A DNA stretch of 64,000 nucleotides from Nitrospirota bacterium (GTDB taxonomy: Bacteria; Nitrospirota; UBA9217), in assembly GCA_963663225.1 (NCBI GenBank), contig OY760142.1, positions 288,001 through 352,000 of the forward strand, given 5' to 3'. The number at the start of each line of letters is the position of its first letter. Positions within the stretch are counted from its first letter, which is position 1. Made by a program: the position numbers and the translations under genes. Shown in pieces: positions 1 through 10,085 of the stretch. Under the pieces are notes generated by a model. It saw only the letters and a list, made by a program, of their open reading frames with translations. It searched no databases and was not told where the DNA came from.

Positions 1-3000
1 TTCGATTTAAACAATGAATTATACCATCAGGTCGCTCCGAAACATAAGATGTACTGGGACCAGGAGCAATATTCCTTCTGGTCCTCACCAGTCGAGGTAA
101 AAAATCTGATCAAGCAATATCAATCCGTTATCGAAAACATGGTTGACCGGATTGTCGAGAAAAAAAGCAGGCTCATCGGCTTCAGCATTGTATTTACAGC
201 GTTGCACTTCACACTGGAGATCGCCGAACGGGTCAAAAAACGGCTTCCGGACAGCATTATCGTCCTGGGTGGACCTTCAACAGCAGAGTATGCCGACGGG
301 CTCAAACATCTGGACAACCCGTTTGTGGACGCGCTCGTCCTGCGCGAAGGCGACATAACCCTGCCGGAACTGTGCAAAAATCTGAAGGAAACCGGCAGGC
401 TGCTGCGCATTCCGGGGCTTGTCTTCAAAGAGAACGGCTCAATCATAAACGGCGGCCTGCGGGACCCGGCCCCTTCCCTCGACGACATTCCGTACGCTGA
501 TTACTCGGATTTTGATCTCAGCACCTATACGCATCCCAATCGTCTGGACATGTTTTCAAGCAGAAGCTGCGTGAACCAATGCCACTACTGCGACGAGCGG
601 AAATATCTTCAGCGCTATCGCTTCCGGTCAGGCAAAAGCCTGTTCGAGGAAGTGCGCTATAACCTGCAGAAATTTCCGGGGATCACGTATATCAATTTCT
701 GCGACTCTGTTGTGAACGGCTCGCTGAAGGAATTAAGCGAGTTCGCCCGTTTGCTGGTCGAAAACAGCGTGCATATCACCTGGTCGGGCCAGAGCGTCGT
801 CCGCAAAGACATGACCCCCGACTTGCTGAAACTTTTGGCAAAATCCGGCTGCACCTATTTAAGCTACGGAGTAGAGACAGGCTCCGATGCCGTTCTGAAA
901 TCAATGAACAAGAAACTGGCTTCACGCGAAGCGGCGGAGAACAACCTGCGCGACACGCACAATGCCGGCATTAAAGCATATGCGAATTTTATGTTCGGCT
1001 ATCCGACGGAAACCGAGGAAGATTTCCGGCAAACGCTGGACTTTGTCCGCAAAAACAGGCCGTGGATTGACGGCGTAAGTCCTTCGCAGTCCTTTACCGT
1101 CATCGTACCGAACACATATCTGTACGAGAATCCCGGCCAGTTCGGCGTGGAAGACAGCCCCCATTATCTCTACTGGAGCACCAGGGATGGCAAAAACACC
1201 TATCCCGTACGGTTTGAACGATATGAACGGTTCTGCACAACCTGCATTGAACTGGGGCTCGTCGGTGTCGGAATTGTGAAGGAAAAAGTGGATAAATGGA
1301 AACTTCTGGGGTCATATTACCGGTTCAAACAGGATTACGAGCGCGCGGCCGAATGCTATCAGAAAGACCTGCTGAAGCATGGTTATTCAGCTGATTCCTT
1401 GACTGCCCTTCTTGAATGCTACAGAAAGGGTGAAAAATTCAACCCGTCCGAGCCGATGCTGGGCATGGAACGATTGATTTCATTTTACAACGCGAGCATC
1501 AGAGACTTGGCGGACAAAATTGAAGAACCGGATACGGCGCGCTCGCTGCAGCACAAAGATAAATCTTCATCTGGCGAAATCAGCCCGGACGCTTCGACGC
1601 AACTTGCCCACGCATCGGCACTCAGCAGGGCCCAGGCAGGAGACGAAGCAGGGGCAATCAAGGATCTAGAATGCGCCGTTGCATCCTGTCCCGGATATGC
1701 CGTCGCCCGCAACGACCTCGGCGTGCTTCTGCAGAGAAAGGGCGATTTTGCCGCCGCCCGATCTCAGTTTGAAGAAGCGGTCCGCTTGCAGCCTGAGAAT
1801 GTAATATTCCAAAAAAATCTCGCGGATCTTCATGTGGTCCTCAAAAACTTCGAAGACGCGGCTCGCCTTTATGACCGCGTTATAAACCAATCTCCGGACG
1901 ACATCGAAGCGTTGTCCGGCCTGTCAAGACTCTGTCTTGAAATCGAGCAGTTTGACTCCGCCCGCCGCTTTCTGGAGCGGATCCTGGAGATTAATCCGGA
2001 CGATCAGGACGCCCGGCAATGCCTCGATGCTCTGACAGCCCGTGAAAAAACGGATGCTGCTCCCCCATCCGGTGCAAGCAATGCCTCAACGGAAAGTGCC
2101 GGCATCTGTGCGGACAAAATACAGGATACTCACTCATCAACGGTTGTTCCACCGGCCACCCGGCAAGGTAATTCCGTTGCAGCTCCGGCCGTAACCGGCG
2201 TCGGTGGAAAGCAAACGCCCTCTCCAGAACGGAACGGCATTATTTGCCTCAACCCTTTCTTCGAGTTCGAAATTGATATTACCGGACGCGTCGTTGTGTG
2301 CTGCACGGGATGGTTCCGGCACAGCCTGGGAAACATGAAAAAACAGACCATTGCCGAAGTCTGGAACAGCCAGGTGGCGCGATACGTCCGGAGGAAAATG
2401 TACAAGGGCGAGTGGGAGGATATCTGCAATCCGCATTGCCCGACGATCGTACATTATCGAAAATACGGCACCGTTATCCCTTACAGCGAGTTGCACAAAA
2501 ACAAGAACCTGACGCCAAAGCACGTTGAAGAAATTCTTGCGGGCAAGGACTGTCTGGAATCAACGCCGACTTATTTCAAACTGAGCGATTCAAAGGTATG
2601 CAATCTGTCCTGCAAAATGTGCGGCGTCGTGCGGAGCAAGGATTACACGGACGACAAGGCAATGATCCAGAAAAGAACGAAGGACCTCATGCAGTACCTG
2701 GACCGTGCGAAAACGGTTTTAATGTGCGGCAACGGAGACCCCTTCGCGCGGCCCGACACCCGGGAAATTTTGATGCATTACAAAAGCAACAATCCGGATT
2801 TGAAATTCTGTCTCATTACCAACGGATTGCTGCTTCCCCGGTACTGGGATAAGGTAAAACACCAGAACTTTGAATCCATCGACATATCCGTAGACGGCGC
2901 CAGCAAAGACGTGTATGAAAAAATCAGGACCGGCGGCAAATGGGAGGACATCCTGAAAGTTCTGGACCTTGTCAGAGACAACCGGAGCAAGTTCGGCAAT

Positions 3001-3282
3001 GTATTGGTCAGCATGGTCGTGATGAGAAGCAATTTCAGGGAAATCCCTGCGTTCATAGACATGGCCGAATCCTACGGGTTCCTGCCGATGTTCAGCCGGA
3101 TCCAGGGTCAGTTCGAAGATGAGAACATCTTCGAAATGAGAGACCAGGCGGCATTGAATGAACTGCGGGCTATTGTGACCGCTGAACGAAAAAAGAAACG
3201 AAGCGTGGACGTAATATGGCAGGACATTATCGAGTTTGCCGATGAGGACGTAAAGGAGGAAGCATGTCTGGTGAATCACTGA
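1..3282 (+). CDS. Cobalamin-binding radical SAM / TPR / SPASM-like / second radical SAM fusion protein (5' truncated by window edge)
   Basis: Frame is open from base 1 (FDLNNELY...). B12-binding-type segment (IGFS...IIVLGGP), CxxxCxxC #1 (SRSCVNQCHYC), TPR repeats (ARNDLGVLL, FQKNLADL), Cys-rich SPASM-like segment (CLNPF...VVVCC...LGN...EVWNS...CNPHCP), CxxxCxxC #2 (CNLSCKMC). Confidence 0.85.
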   Translation, partial: FDLNNELYHQVAPKHKMYWDQEQYSFWSSPVEVKNLIKQYQSVIENMVDRIVEKKSRLIGFSIVFTALHFTLEIAERVKKRLPDSIIVLGGPSTAEYADGLKHLDNPFVDALVLREGDITLPELCKNLKETGRLLRIPGLVFKENGSIINGGLRDPAPSLDDIPYADYSDFDLSTYTHPNRLDMFSSRSCVNQCHYCDERKYLQRYRFRSGKSLFEEVRYNLQKFPGITYINFCDSVVNGSLKELSEFARLLVENSVHITWSGQSVVRKDMTPDLLKLLAKSGCTYLSYGVETGSDAVLKSMNKKLASREAAENNLRDTHNAGIKAYANFMFGYPTETEEDFRQTLDFVRKNRPWIDGVSPSQSFTVIVPNTYLYENPGQFGVEDSPHYLYWSTRDGKNTYPVRFERYERFCTTCIELGLVGVGIVKEKVDKWKLLGSYYRFKQDYERAAECYQKDLLKHGYSADSLTALLECYRKGEKFNPSEPMLGMERLISFYNASIRDLADKIEEPDTARSLQHKDKSSSGEISPDASTQLAHASALSRAQAGDEAGAIKDLECAVASCPGYAVARNDLGVLLQRKGDFAAARSQFEEAVRLQPENVIFQKNLADLHVVLKNFEDAARLYDRVINQSPDDIEALSGLSRLCLEIEQFDSARRFLERILEINPDDQDARQCLDALTAREKTDAAPPSGASNASTESAGICADKIQDTHSSTVVPPATRQGNSVAAPAVTGVGGKQTPSPERNGIICLNPFFEFEIDITGRVVVCCTGWFRHSLGNMKKQTIAEVWNSQVARYVRRKMYKGEWEDICNPHCPTIVHYRKYGTVIPYSELHKNKNLTPKHVEEILAGKDCLESTPTYFKLSDSKVCNLSCKMCGVVRSKDYTDDKAMIQKRTKDLMQYLDRAKTVLMCGNGDPFARPDTREILMHYKSNNPDLKFCLITNGLLLPRYWDKVKHQNFESIDISVDGASKDVYEKIRTGGKWEDILKVLDLVRDNRSKFGNVLVSMVVMRSNFREIPAFIDMAESYGFLPMFSRIQGQFEDENIFEMRDQAALNELRAIVTAERKKKRSVDVIWQDIIEFADEDVKEEACLVNH

Positions 3283-6200
3283 AAGCTGCATGGTCGCTGC
3301 TGGAATCAAACCAATTGCGGCAGGCGCGGCAGCTACTGGTCTCTCTGATCGGCGACGATCCGGCGAATGCCGGGGCAATGCACGCGCTGGCGACCGCAGA
3401 TATCAAGGAAGGAAAATATCTCTCCGCGCTGGAGCTTCTGGAGGAGGTACTCCGAATCAATCCGAAGAACGGCAATGCGCTGCGCGACAGGGATTTCGTC
3501 CGCACGAAAATCAGCCAGGACACTGTCCGAACGGCAAACGCAGAAACCAGCTCCGCAGACGCGCCTGCTGCTGCCGCGAAGGAGATCACAACGCATCCCG
3601 CGCTGGACTCGGACAAGAGCGTCAAAATATCCATTATCATACCTGTTTTCAACCAGATCGCCTATACAAAACAATGCATCGAAACGGTTCTGACAACCTG
3701 CGAACACCACGATTATGAGATACTCGTGGTCGATGACTGTTCCACCGACGGGACCCAGGAATATCTTGAAAGCGTGAAGTCGTTCGTGCGGTCTTTCCGC
3801 AATGAAAAAAACCAGGGTTTCATTTTAAACTGTAATTTTGCCGCCTCACAGGCCAGAGGCGAGTATATCGTCTTATTGAATAACGACACGATTCCGCAGC
3901 CGAATTGGCTTGACGGCCTGCTGGAGCCGTTCGGAATGTATGACAACGTTGCGGCAACCGGCGCACTGATGATTTTCCCGAACAACACCGTTCTTGAAGC
4001 ATCAAGCATCGTTTTTTCTGACGGTTCCGGCTGGAACTACGGCCGCGGCTGCGATCCGGAATCTCCGCGATACAATTTTATCCGCGAAGCCGACTATATT
4101 CCGGGCGGCGGCATGATGATCAAAAAAGCAATCTGGGACGAACTCGGCGGACTGGATACGTACTATTGTCCCGCCTATTACGACGATATTGACTTCTGCT
4201 TCAGGGCGCGCCAGGCAGGCTACAAAATCCTGTACACGCCGTTTTCAAGGATCATTCATTTCGAGGGCATGAGCGGCGGTACGGACGTCACGAAGGGCAT
4301 GAAGCGGTACCAGGTCGTCAACCAGGAAAAATTCAGGGAACGGTGGAAAGACGAATTACTAAAAAACCATTACGAAAACAAGTATGAAAACGTATTCAAA
4401 GCATCCCGAAGGGAACAAGGGAAGCGGATACTTCTGATCGATCATCTGCTTCCTCTTCCGAATTTCAACTCAGGCTGTTTCAGAATGAACCACATCGTCA
4501 AACAGCTGGTTAAACTGGGACATAAAATCACGTTTGTTCACCTGTCAAATACCGACCCTGAGAACTACAAGGATGTGCTCAGGAAAATGGGCGTAGAAAC
4601 AGTAGGCCTGAATTATGAATCATGGGAACATAGCGGGGGCCAGAAAAAAGCGGCTATTATAGATCAAATATTGAAGTCCCTGGAAGCACAATACAACAAC
4701 TATGATGTCGTTTACCTGGCTTTTTACTGGGTGGCCACGCTGTTCATAAAAGAGCTCAGGAAAAGACTGCCTGCCGCAATCATTTTTGTCGATTCGATCG
4801 ATATCCATTTTCTGCGCAAGGAGCGGGAGGCCGAACTGCACAAAGACCAGAAACATGCTACGGCGGCCAGGCAAACCAAATGTGATGAACTCGCCACGTA
4901 TGCAAAGTCTGATGCGGTCATAACCGTCACCGAAGATGACAGGCAGACTCTTCAGAAGGAACTGCCGTACAAGCCATCATTCGTCCTGCCGAACGTTCAT
5001 GACATCGTTCCGGTAGAGGCAGGATTCAACGAACGAAAAGACTTGCTGTTTGTCGGCGGTTTCAACCATACGCCCAATGTTGACGCCATGCTCTATTTCT
5101 GCCGCGAGATATTTCCTGCGGTGAAAAAAGCGATCCCGGGAATAAAATTATGGATCGTGGGCAGCAATCCCACGGACGAGGTAAAAGCGCTGGCTGGTGA
5201 TTCGGTCGTAGTAACGGGCTGGGTCAAGGAAACAAAACCGTATCTCGATCAATCCAGAATATCCATTGTTCCGCTGCGGTATGGAGCAGGAATGAAGGGA
5301 AAGGTCGGCGAAGCTCTGTCACACGGCCTCCCGGTGATTACGACGCCGGTCGGCAGTGAGGGAATGGGAATAGCCAGCGGAGAGCACGCAATTGTGGTCG
5401 AATCACCCGAAGAATGGGTACAACAAATCACACGGCTCTACCATGATGAAGCATTGTGGAATCATTTGTCCAAAAACGGACAGGATCTGATATCAAGCTT
5501 ATATGGCAGCGACAAAATCCGGGAACGTGCGCGTACGCTCCTGAACTTCAGTTCGCGCGAGGATGTGGCCGCCCTGTCATCTTGTCCATCTAAGAACTCA
5601 TTCTCCTACGCGAACGGGATCACCTCGATTGTTATTCTGACCTATAATCAGCTCGAATATACAAAAAAATGCGTACAAAGTATCCAGGCGCACACGACGG
5701 AGCCGCATGAAATCATTTTCATCGACAATGCTTCCACGGACGGAACCGTCAAATGGCTCAGAAAAATGGTCGCCGACAATACGAACTACAGACTGATAGA
5801 AAACAACGTAAATTTAGGTTTCTCAAAAGGCTGCAACCAAGGGATAGAGGCATCATGCGGTGAATACATCCTGCTGCTGAACAATGATGTCGTGGTCACC
5901 CCTGCATGGTTGTCAGGGATGCTTGCATGCCTGCACAGTTCTCCGAACGCGGGCATCGTCGGACCCATGACAAATAATATCAGCGGACCACAAAAGGTGC
6001 CTGCCGTCGGTTATTCGGCCCTCGAAGAGCTGGATTCTTATGCACGCGCTTTCCGGGAACGAAACCGGCACCGCAGAATACCTTATCGGAGGATCGTGGG
6101 ATACTGCATGCTCTTTAAGCACGACCTTGCCGACGGCGTAGGGTTGCTTGACGAAAGTTTCGGATCGGGCAATTTCGAAGACGATGATTATTGTCTGCGT

Positions 6201-8381
6201 GCGGAGCTTCTGGGATACCAGAATTTCATCGCCGGCGATGTATTCATTCACCACTACGGCAGTGTAAGCTTTGCGGGAAATAAAATCGATTATCGTTCCG
6301 CTTTGTCGAAAAATCGGCGCATTTTTACGAATAAATGGAGCGGCGTCGACGCCGGAAGTCCGCTCGGAAAAAATCTGGCGGGTTTGAACGCCCGCGACAA
6401 GGCAATGGAACTGGACCATTCCGGTCATCTGGAGAAAGCAATCGAAGCGCTTCTTAAGGGGATTCATCAGGCTCCGGAAGTCAGAAATACGTATTACAAG
6501 ATGGCGGAACTGCTTCTTGATGCCAAGCAGTATGCCGAAGCGCTCAAGGTGGTCACGGAACTGCTGCCTGATGACGACGATGTTCCCAGGCTCGTGCTGG
6601 CGGGATACTGCGAAGAAGGCCTTGGGCATAATGAAGAAGCCGGAAAGTATGCAACGCGCATATTGAACATCAACTCGACATCGGCTCCCGCTCAGAACCT
6701 GCAAGGAATACTGGCATATAAAAGAAAAGATCTCGCCGCGGCCCGGGATTTTTTCAACTTGGCCGCCGCTTCTGATCCTTCATACGGGGAGCCGCAGACA
6801 AATCTCGGAGTACTCGCGTGGGCCTTGGGAGAACGACAAAATGCGCTGGACCTTTTGGAACGGGGTTTTGTTCTGGAGCCTGCATCCCCGGACAATGCCT
6901 CGGCATACCATGCAGCCGTCACCGACCAGAAAGAATTCGGCAGAGCGGAGCTGGTATTCCGGGAAGCAAAAGCGCTCTATCCGATGCACCGGGGAATCAC
7001 CTTTCTTCTTATCGACCTCCTGCTGAAGCAAGAAGACTATGACCGTGCCATGCAGGAAATCGAACAGGCAATGATGCTTTTCGGCATCGAGGACGGCGTT
7101 CTGTCCGCGGCACTTGATGTTCGTGAAAAAATCGGCCCGCAAAAGGTTGTCGAAAAAACCGGAAACAGGTGTTCTCTCTCATTGTGCATGATTGTCAAAA
7201 ACGAGGAGCAACATCTTCCAAAATGCCTGATGAGCGTAAAGTCTCTTGTTGATGAGATGATCGTGGTTGACACCGGCTCAACGGACAGGACGCCGGATAT
7301 TGCACGGGCATTCGGCGCGCGAGTTTTCGATTTTACCTGGAATGGGGATTTTTCCCAAGCCCGCAATTGCTCGCTCGAATATGCCTCGGGCGACTGGATT
7401 CTTCTTCTGGATGCTGACGAAGTGATCTCCCCGAAAGACCACGCTGAGATAACACGCCTGATCGGCAGACGAAACAATAGAAAAGCCGCGTATTCGCTGA
7501 TTACCAGAAACTACATTGCATCGACCGATACCACCGGATGGACCGCAAATGACGGAGGATATCCTCTTGAGGAAGCCGGCACCGGCTGGGCCGGCAGCAT
7601 TAAAGTCCGCTTATTTCCGCGCGATAACCGTATTCGTTTCGTCAATCCCGTGCATGAGCTGGTGGAACCTTCTGTAAAGAGCATCGGCATATCGATACAG
7701 GATTGCAGAGTTCCGATTCACCACTATGGAAAGCTGGACCAGCAGAAAAACATACACAAGGGGGAGGAATATTATCAACTCGGCAAAAAGAAGCTCCTGG
7801 AGCTGGGTGACAGTCCCGATATACTCCGCGAACTGGCCCTTCAGGCGGGAGAATTGAACAAATTCGACGAGGCGATCGATCTCTGGAATCGGGTCGTGGC
7901 GGTCCGACCCGATATGGCCCTGGCGTACGTCAACATGGGATCGCTCTATCTGAAACAAGGGCACTATCAGGAAGCACTGGAGGCGACTAAAAAAGCCTTC
8001 CAACTTGCCCCCCGCATGAAGGAATCTGCATCCAGCTACGCCCTCTGCGAATTATACAACGGAAACGCTCCCCGGACGATAACGGTCCTTGAGGAACTGG
8101 TCCGCCGCGAACCCACTTATCCTTCCGCACAGATTCTTCTGTGGATGGCATACTGCTGTGACGGCAGAACCAAGCAGAGCGCTACCCTGTTTAAGGAACT
8201 CTACTATTTCAAAAACTCGGTTGCGGCTGATTCATGCCTGCAAACGGCGAAAAAACTGATTTCCGCAGAGCAGAAAGAATATGCCGCGCGGCTCATGGAC
8301 GCGGCCATAGGGAATAATATTCTGAATGATGAGCTTCTCCGCCTCAGGAAGGACTGCTGTCACGAGACAGTGCCACAATGA
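3264..8381 (+). CDS. Multi-domain glycosyltransferase (TPR-GT2-GT4-like-GT2-TPR-GT2-TPR), probable flagellin glycosylation enzyme
   Basis: Three GT2 starts (ISIIIPVFN..VVDDCSTDGT; TSIVILTYN..IDNASTDGT; LSLCMIVKNEE..VDTGSTD..LDADE), one GT-B/GT4-like domain (LFVGGFNHTPN...GMKGKVGEALSHGLPVITT), TPR blocks; next to flagellins. Confidence 0.88.
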   Translation: MSGESLKAAWSLLESNQLRQARQLLVSLIGDDPANAGAMHALATADIKEGKYLSALELLEEVLRINPKNGNALRDRDFVRTKISQDTVRTANAETSSADAPAAAAKEITTHPALDSDKSVKISIIIPVFNQIAYTKQCIETVLTTCEHHDYEILVVDDCSTDGTQEYLESVKSFVRSFRNEKNQGFILNCNFAASQARGEYIVLLNNDTIPQPNWLDGLLEPFGMYDNVAATGALMIFPNNTVLEASSIVFSDGSGWNYGRGCDPESPRYNFIREADYIPGGGMMIKKAIWDELGGLDTYYCPAYYDDIDFCFRARQAGYKILYTPFSRIIHFEGMSGGTDVTKGMKRYQVVNQEKFRERWKDELLKNHYENKYENVFKASRREQGKRILLIDHLLPLPNFNSGCFRMNHIVKQLVKLGHKITFVHLSNTDPENYKDVLRKMGVETVGLNYESWEHSGGQKKAAIIDQILKSLEAQYNNYDVVYLAFYWVATLFIKELRKRLPAAIIFVDSIDIHFLRKEREAELHKDQKHATAARQTKCDELATYAKSDAVITVTEDDRQTLQKELPYKPSFVLPNVHDIVPVEAGFNERKDLLFVGGFNHTPNVDAMLYFCREIFPAVKKAIPGIKLWIVGSNPTDEVKALAGDSVVVTGWVKETKPYLDQSRISIVPLRYGAGMKGKVGEALSHGLPVITTPVGSEGMGIASGEHAIVVESPEEWVQQITRLYHDEALWNHLSKNGQDLISSLYGSDKIRERARTLLNFSSREDVAALSSCPSKNSFSYANGITSIVILTYNQLEYTKKCVQSIQAHTTEPHEIIFIDNASTDGTVKWLRKMVADNTNYRLIENNVNLGFSKGCNQGIEASCGEYILLLNNDVVVTPAWLSGMLACLHSSPNAGIVGPMTNNISGPQKVPAVGYSALEELDSYARAFRERNRHRRIPYRRIVGYCMLFKHDLADGVGLLDESFGSGNFEDDDYCLRAELLGYQNFIAGDVFIHHYGSVSFAGNKIDYRSALSKNRRIFTNKWSGVDAGSPLGKNLAGLNARDKAMELDHSGHLEKAIEALLKGIHQAPEVRNTYYKMAELLLDAKQYAEALKVVTELLPDDDDVPRLVLAGYCEEGLGHNEEAGKYATRILNINSTSAPAQNLQGILAYKRKDLAAARDFFNLAAASDPSYGEPQTNLGVLAWALGERQNALDLLERGFVLEPASPDNASAYHAAVTDQKEFGRAELVFREAKALYPMHRGITFLLIDLLLKQEDYDRAMQEIEQAMMLFGIEDGVLSAALDVREKIGPQKVVEKTGNRCSLSLCMIVKNEEQHLPKCLMSVKSLVDEMIVVDTGSTDRTPDIARAFGARVFDFTWNGDFSQARNCSLEYASGDWILLLDADEVISPKDHAEITRLIGRRNNRKAAYSLITRNYIASTDTTGWTANDGGYPLEEAGTGWAGSIKVRLFPRDNRIRFVNPVHELVEPSVKSIGISIQDCRVPIHHYGKLDQQKNIHKGEEYYQLGKKKLLELGDSPDILRELALQAGELNKFDEAIDLWNRVVAVRPDMALAYVNMGSLYLKQGHYQEALEATKKAFQLAPRMKESASSYALCELYNGNAPRTITVLEELVRREPTYPSAQILLWMAYCCDGRTKQSATLFKELYYFKNSVAADSCLQTAKKLISAEQKEYAARLMDAAIGNNILNDELLRLRKDCCHETVPQ

Positions 8382-8417
8382 TGCGGACATCGTCGATATT
8401 TTAAAGGAAACTGGCGG

Positions 8418-8795
8418 TTACCGGGCCCCTTCTCTGAGGCCGGCAGCAATGTTCAAATTGATATTGATGAGGATGGTAAGTTTGTCCGGAGACGGATACG
8501 ACATTACTGAGAAAATCCTTTTATCGATGAAAACGCTCAGACTCAGGAGGTCTTCGCGGATCTTTTTTGGTAGTTGGTTGTCTGCCCTCGCAAGTTCGCT
8601 CTGAAATATGCTCCAGATAAGCTGGTTGTACTTAAGCGCTTCGTCAAGATTCTTGCCGCGGTCCCTGGCACCCCAATTGTCCTGGCATTGCTTGAGTTTC
8701 ATGGCAGCTGCAATAAGCACCGAAGCTTCGATTTCACGTCCGCTCATGGTAGTTTTCTGCACAGTTCTGTATGCTTCTAGCTGGCTAGCGTACAC
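8418..8795 (-). CDS. flaF: Flagellar biosynthesis regulator FlaF
   Basis: AY..V...SGREIEA, ALxxNxxIW, NQLPxxIRxxLLSL and ININxNIAAGL motifs; follows flbT. Confidence 0.9.
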   Translation of the reverse strand: MYASQLEAYRTVQKTTMSGREIEASVLIAAAMKLKQCQDNWGARDRGKNLDEALKYNQLIWSIFQSELARADNQLPKKIREDLLSLSVFIDKRIFSVMSYPSPDKLTILININLNIAAGLREGAR

Positions 8796-9174
8796 GGTTG
8801 ACTACCTCCTGTTCATACTCGATAAGTTTTTTTGCCTTTTTGAGCGCCTGGTAGTACTTGCTGCTCAATATCAACTCATTAATCTGTTCAATAAGGGGCA
8901 TCGTACTGGGAGCCGCCTGAACTACGTCCTTGACGAGCCTCCAGTACAGGGTATGATGTTCGGCAAGATTTTTATCATCCACATACATCAGCTGTATGAC
9001 GAAATATATTCTGGTGCAGGGCGTTACAGCCTTTTTTTCGCTCAGGATATCCTGCTCACGCAGAATCGGGACATTGTTTTCAATAATCAGGCTGCTGCGC
9101 GCATCGCCGTTTGATACGACGGCCCCGCCTACAATCATCCGCTCGTGCGGTTTTAAGGTAATTTTAAGCGCCAT
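8785..9174 (-). CDS. flbT: Flagellar biosynthesis repressor FlbT
   Basis: MALKITLKPHERMIVGGAVVSNG, ILRExDI, TPCxRIYFxIQLMY and YxALKxAKKLIxYE motifs. Confidence 0.92.
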   Translation of the reverse strand: MALKITLKPHERMIVGGAVVSNGDARSSLIIENNVPILREQDILSEKKAVTPCTRIYFVIQLMYVDDKNLAEHHTLYWRLVKDVVQAAPSTMPLIEQINELILSSKYYQALKKAKKLIEYEQEVVNRVR

Positions 9175-9176
9175 GG

Positions 9177-10013
9177 CTATTTTAAGAGATCCAAGAGCTG
9201 TGATTGCATGTTCGTAAGGTTAGAAATCGATTGAAGCGCCAGTGCATTTTTCAATTCGATGCTTTTATAGTTTGCCGAGGCCTCATTCATGTCTGCGGTC
9301 GTCCACATTTCACCATCCGTCTGCTGTGCCGTGGACAATGTCGTGGCGAAATCCTGTGAGCGGTTGATGGCCGCCGCATCCGCACCCAGAGACGAACGTT
9401 TTGCCGTAAGCGTGGCAAGCGCGGCATCAAGATTTGCCCTGGCCGCCGCAACGTCTGCATCAGAAGCCGTATCGGGCAATTCTGAAATATTAAGACCGGA
9501 TGTCCCGGTACTAACATCCTGTTTATGGATTGTTATGCTCGTTGAGCCGGCACCTGAAGAGACCGTCCAGTCCCCCGGAACGGTCGTCGAATTGCCGATG
9601 ATCTGGTTGGCACCCTGGTCATCGGGAGCGGACAGCGAATCGATCTGCTGTTTCAGACCGTTGAACATTTTTAAATACCGGATTCGATCTTGACTGCCTA
9701 CGGGAAACGGCGGATAATTTTTAATAATAGCGTCAAGCGTTGTTTTCATCTGCTCAATATAACTATTGATGCCTGCCATGGCGGCATCGGCAGTGTGTAT
9801 GCTTGTAGCGACAAGATTCAAGTTGTCGTTGATTTTCTTGAATCCACCCACTGCAATGGCGTCCTGTTGCGACTTCGCCCACAGAACGGGATCGTCTCCG
9901 GATGAATTGATTTTTTTCCCTGTGGCCAGCTGCTGGGTCAGTTTGTCCATGACCTTCTTTGTGTCATCAAAACTGTAGAGCGACTGGTTTTGGCCTATCT
10001 CAAATATTGACAT
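9177..10013 (-). CDS. Divergent flagellin-family protein
   Basis: N-terminal LATGKKINSSGDDP and C-terminal RSSLGA...ADMNEAS flagellin motifs, otherwise strongly diverged from the neighbouring flagellin; SD GGGAGG upstream. Confidence 0.75.
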   Translation of the reverse strand: MSIFEIGQNQSLYSFDDTKKVMDKLTQQLATGKKINSSGDDPVLWAKSQQDAIAVGGFKKINDNLNLVATSIHTADAAMAGINSYIEQMKTTLDAIIKNYPPFPVGSQDRIRYLKMFNGLKQQIDSLSAPDDQGANQIIGNSTTVPGDWTVSSGAGSTSITIHKQDVSTGTSGLNISELPDTASDADVAAARANLDAALATLTAKRSSLGADAAAINRSQDFATTLSTAQQTDGEMWTTADMNEASANYKSIELKNALALQSISNLTNMQSQLLDLLK

Positions 10014-10037
10014 GCGATCCTCCCAAGCTTAAGGAGT

Positions 10038-10061
10038 GCGAGGGGGTGGAAGCCCCCTCGC
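10038..10061 (-). terminator. GC-rich hairpin after the major flagellin (partial terminator or mRNA stabiliser)
   Basis: GCGAGGGGG-cttcca-CCCCCTCGC, perfect 9-bp stem, only a weak U-tract after it. Confidence 0.55.
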
Positions 10062-10085
10062 TTCAAAAGAGTGTAGTGTCTTCTT

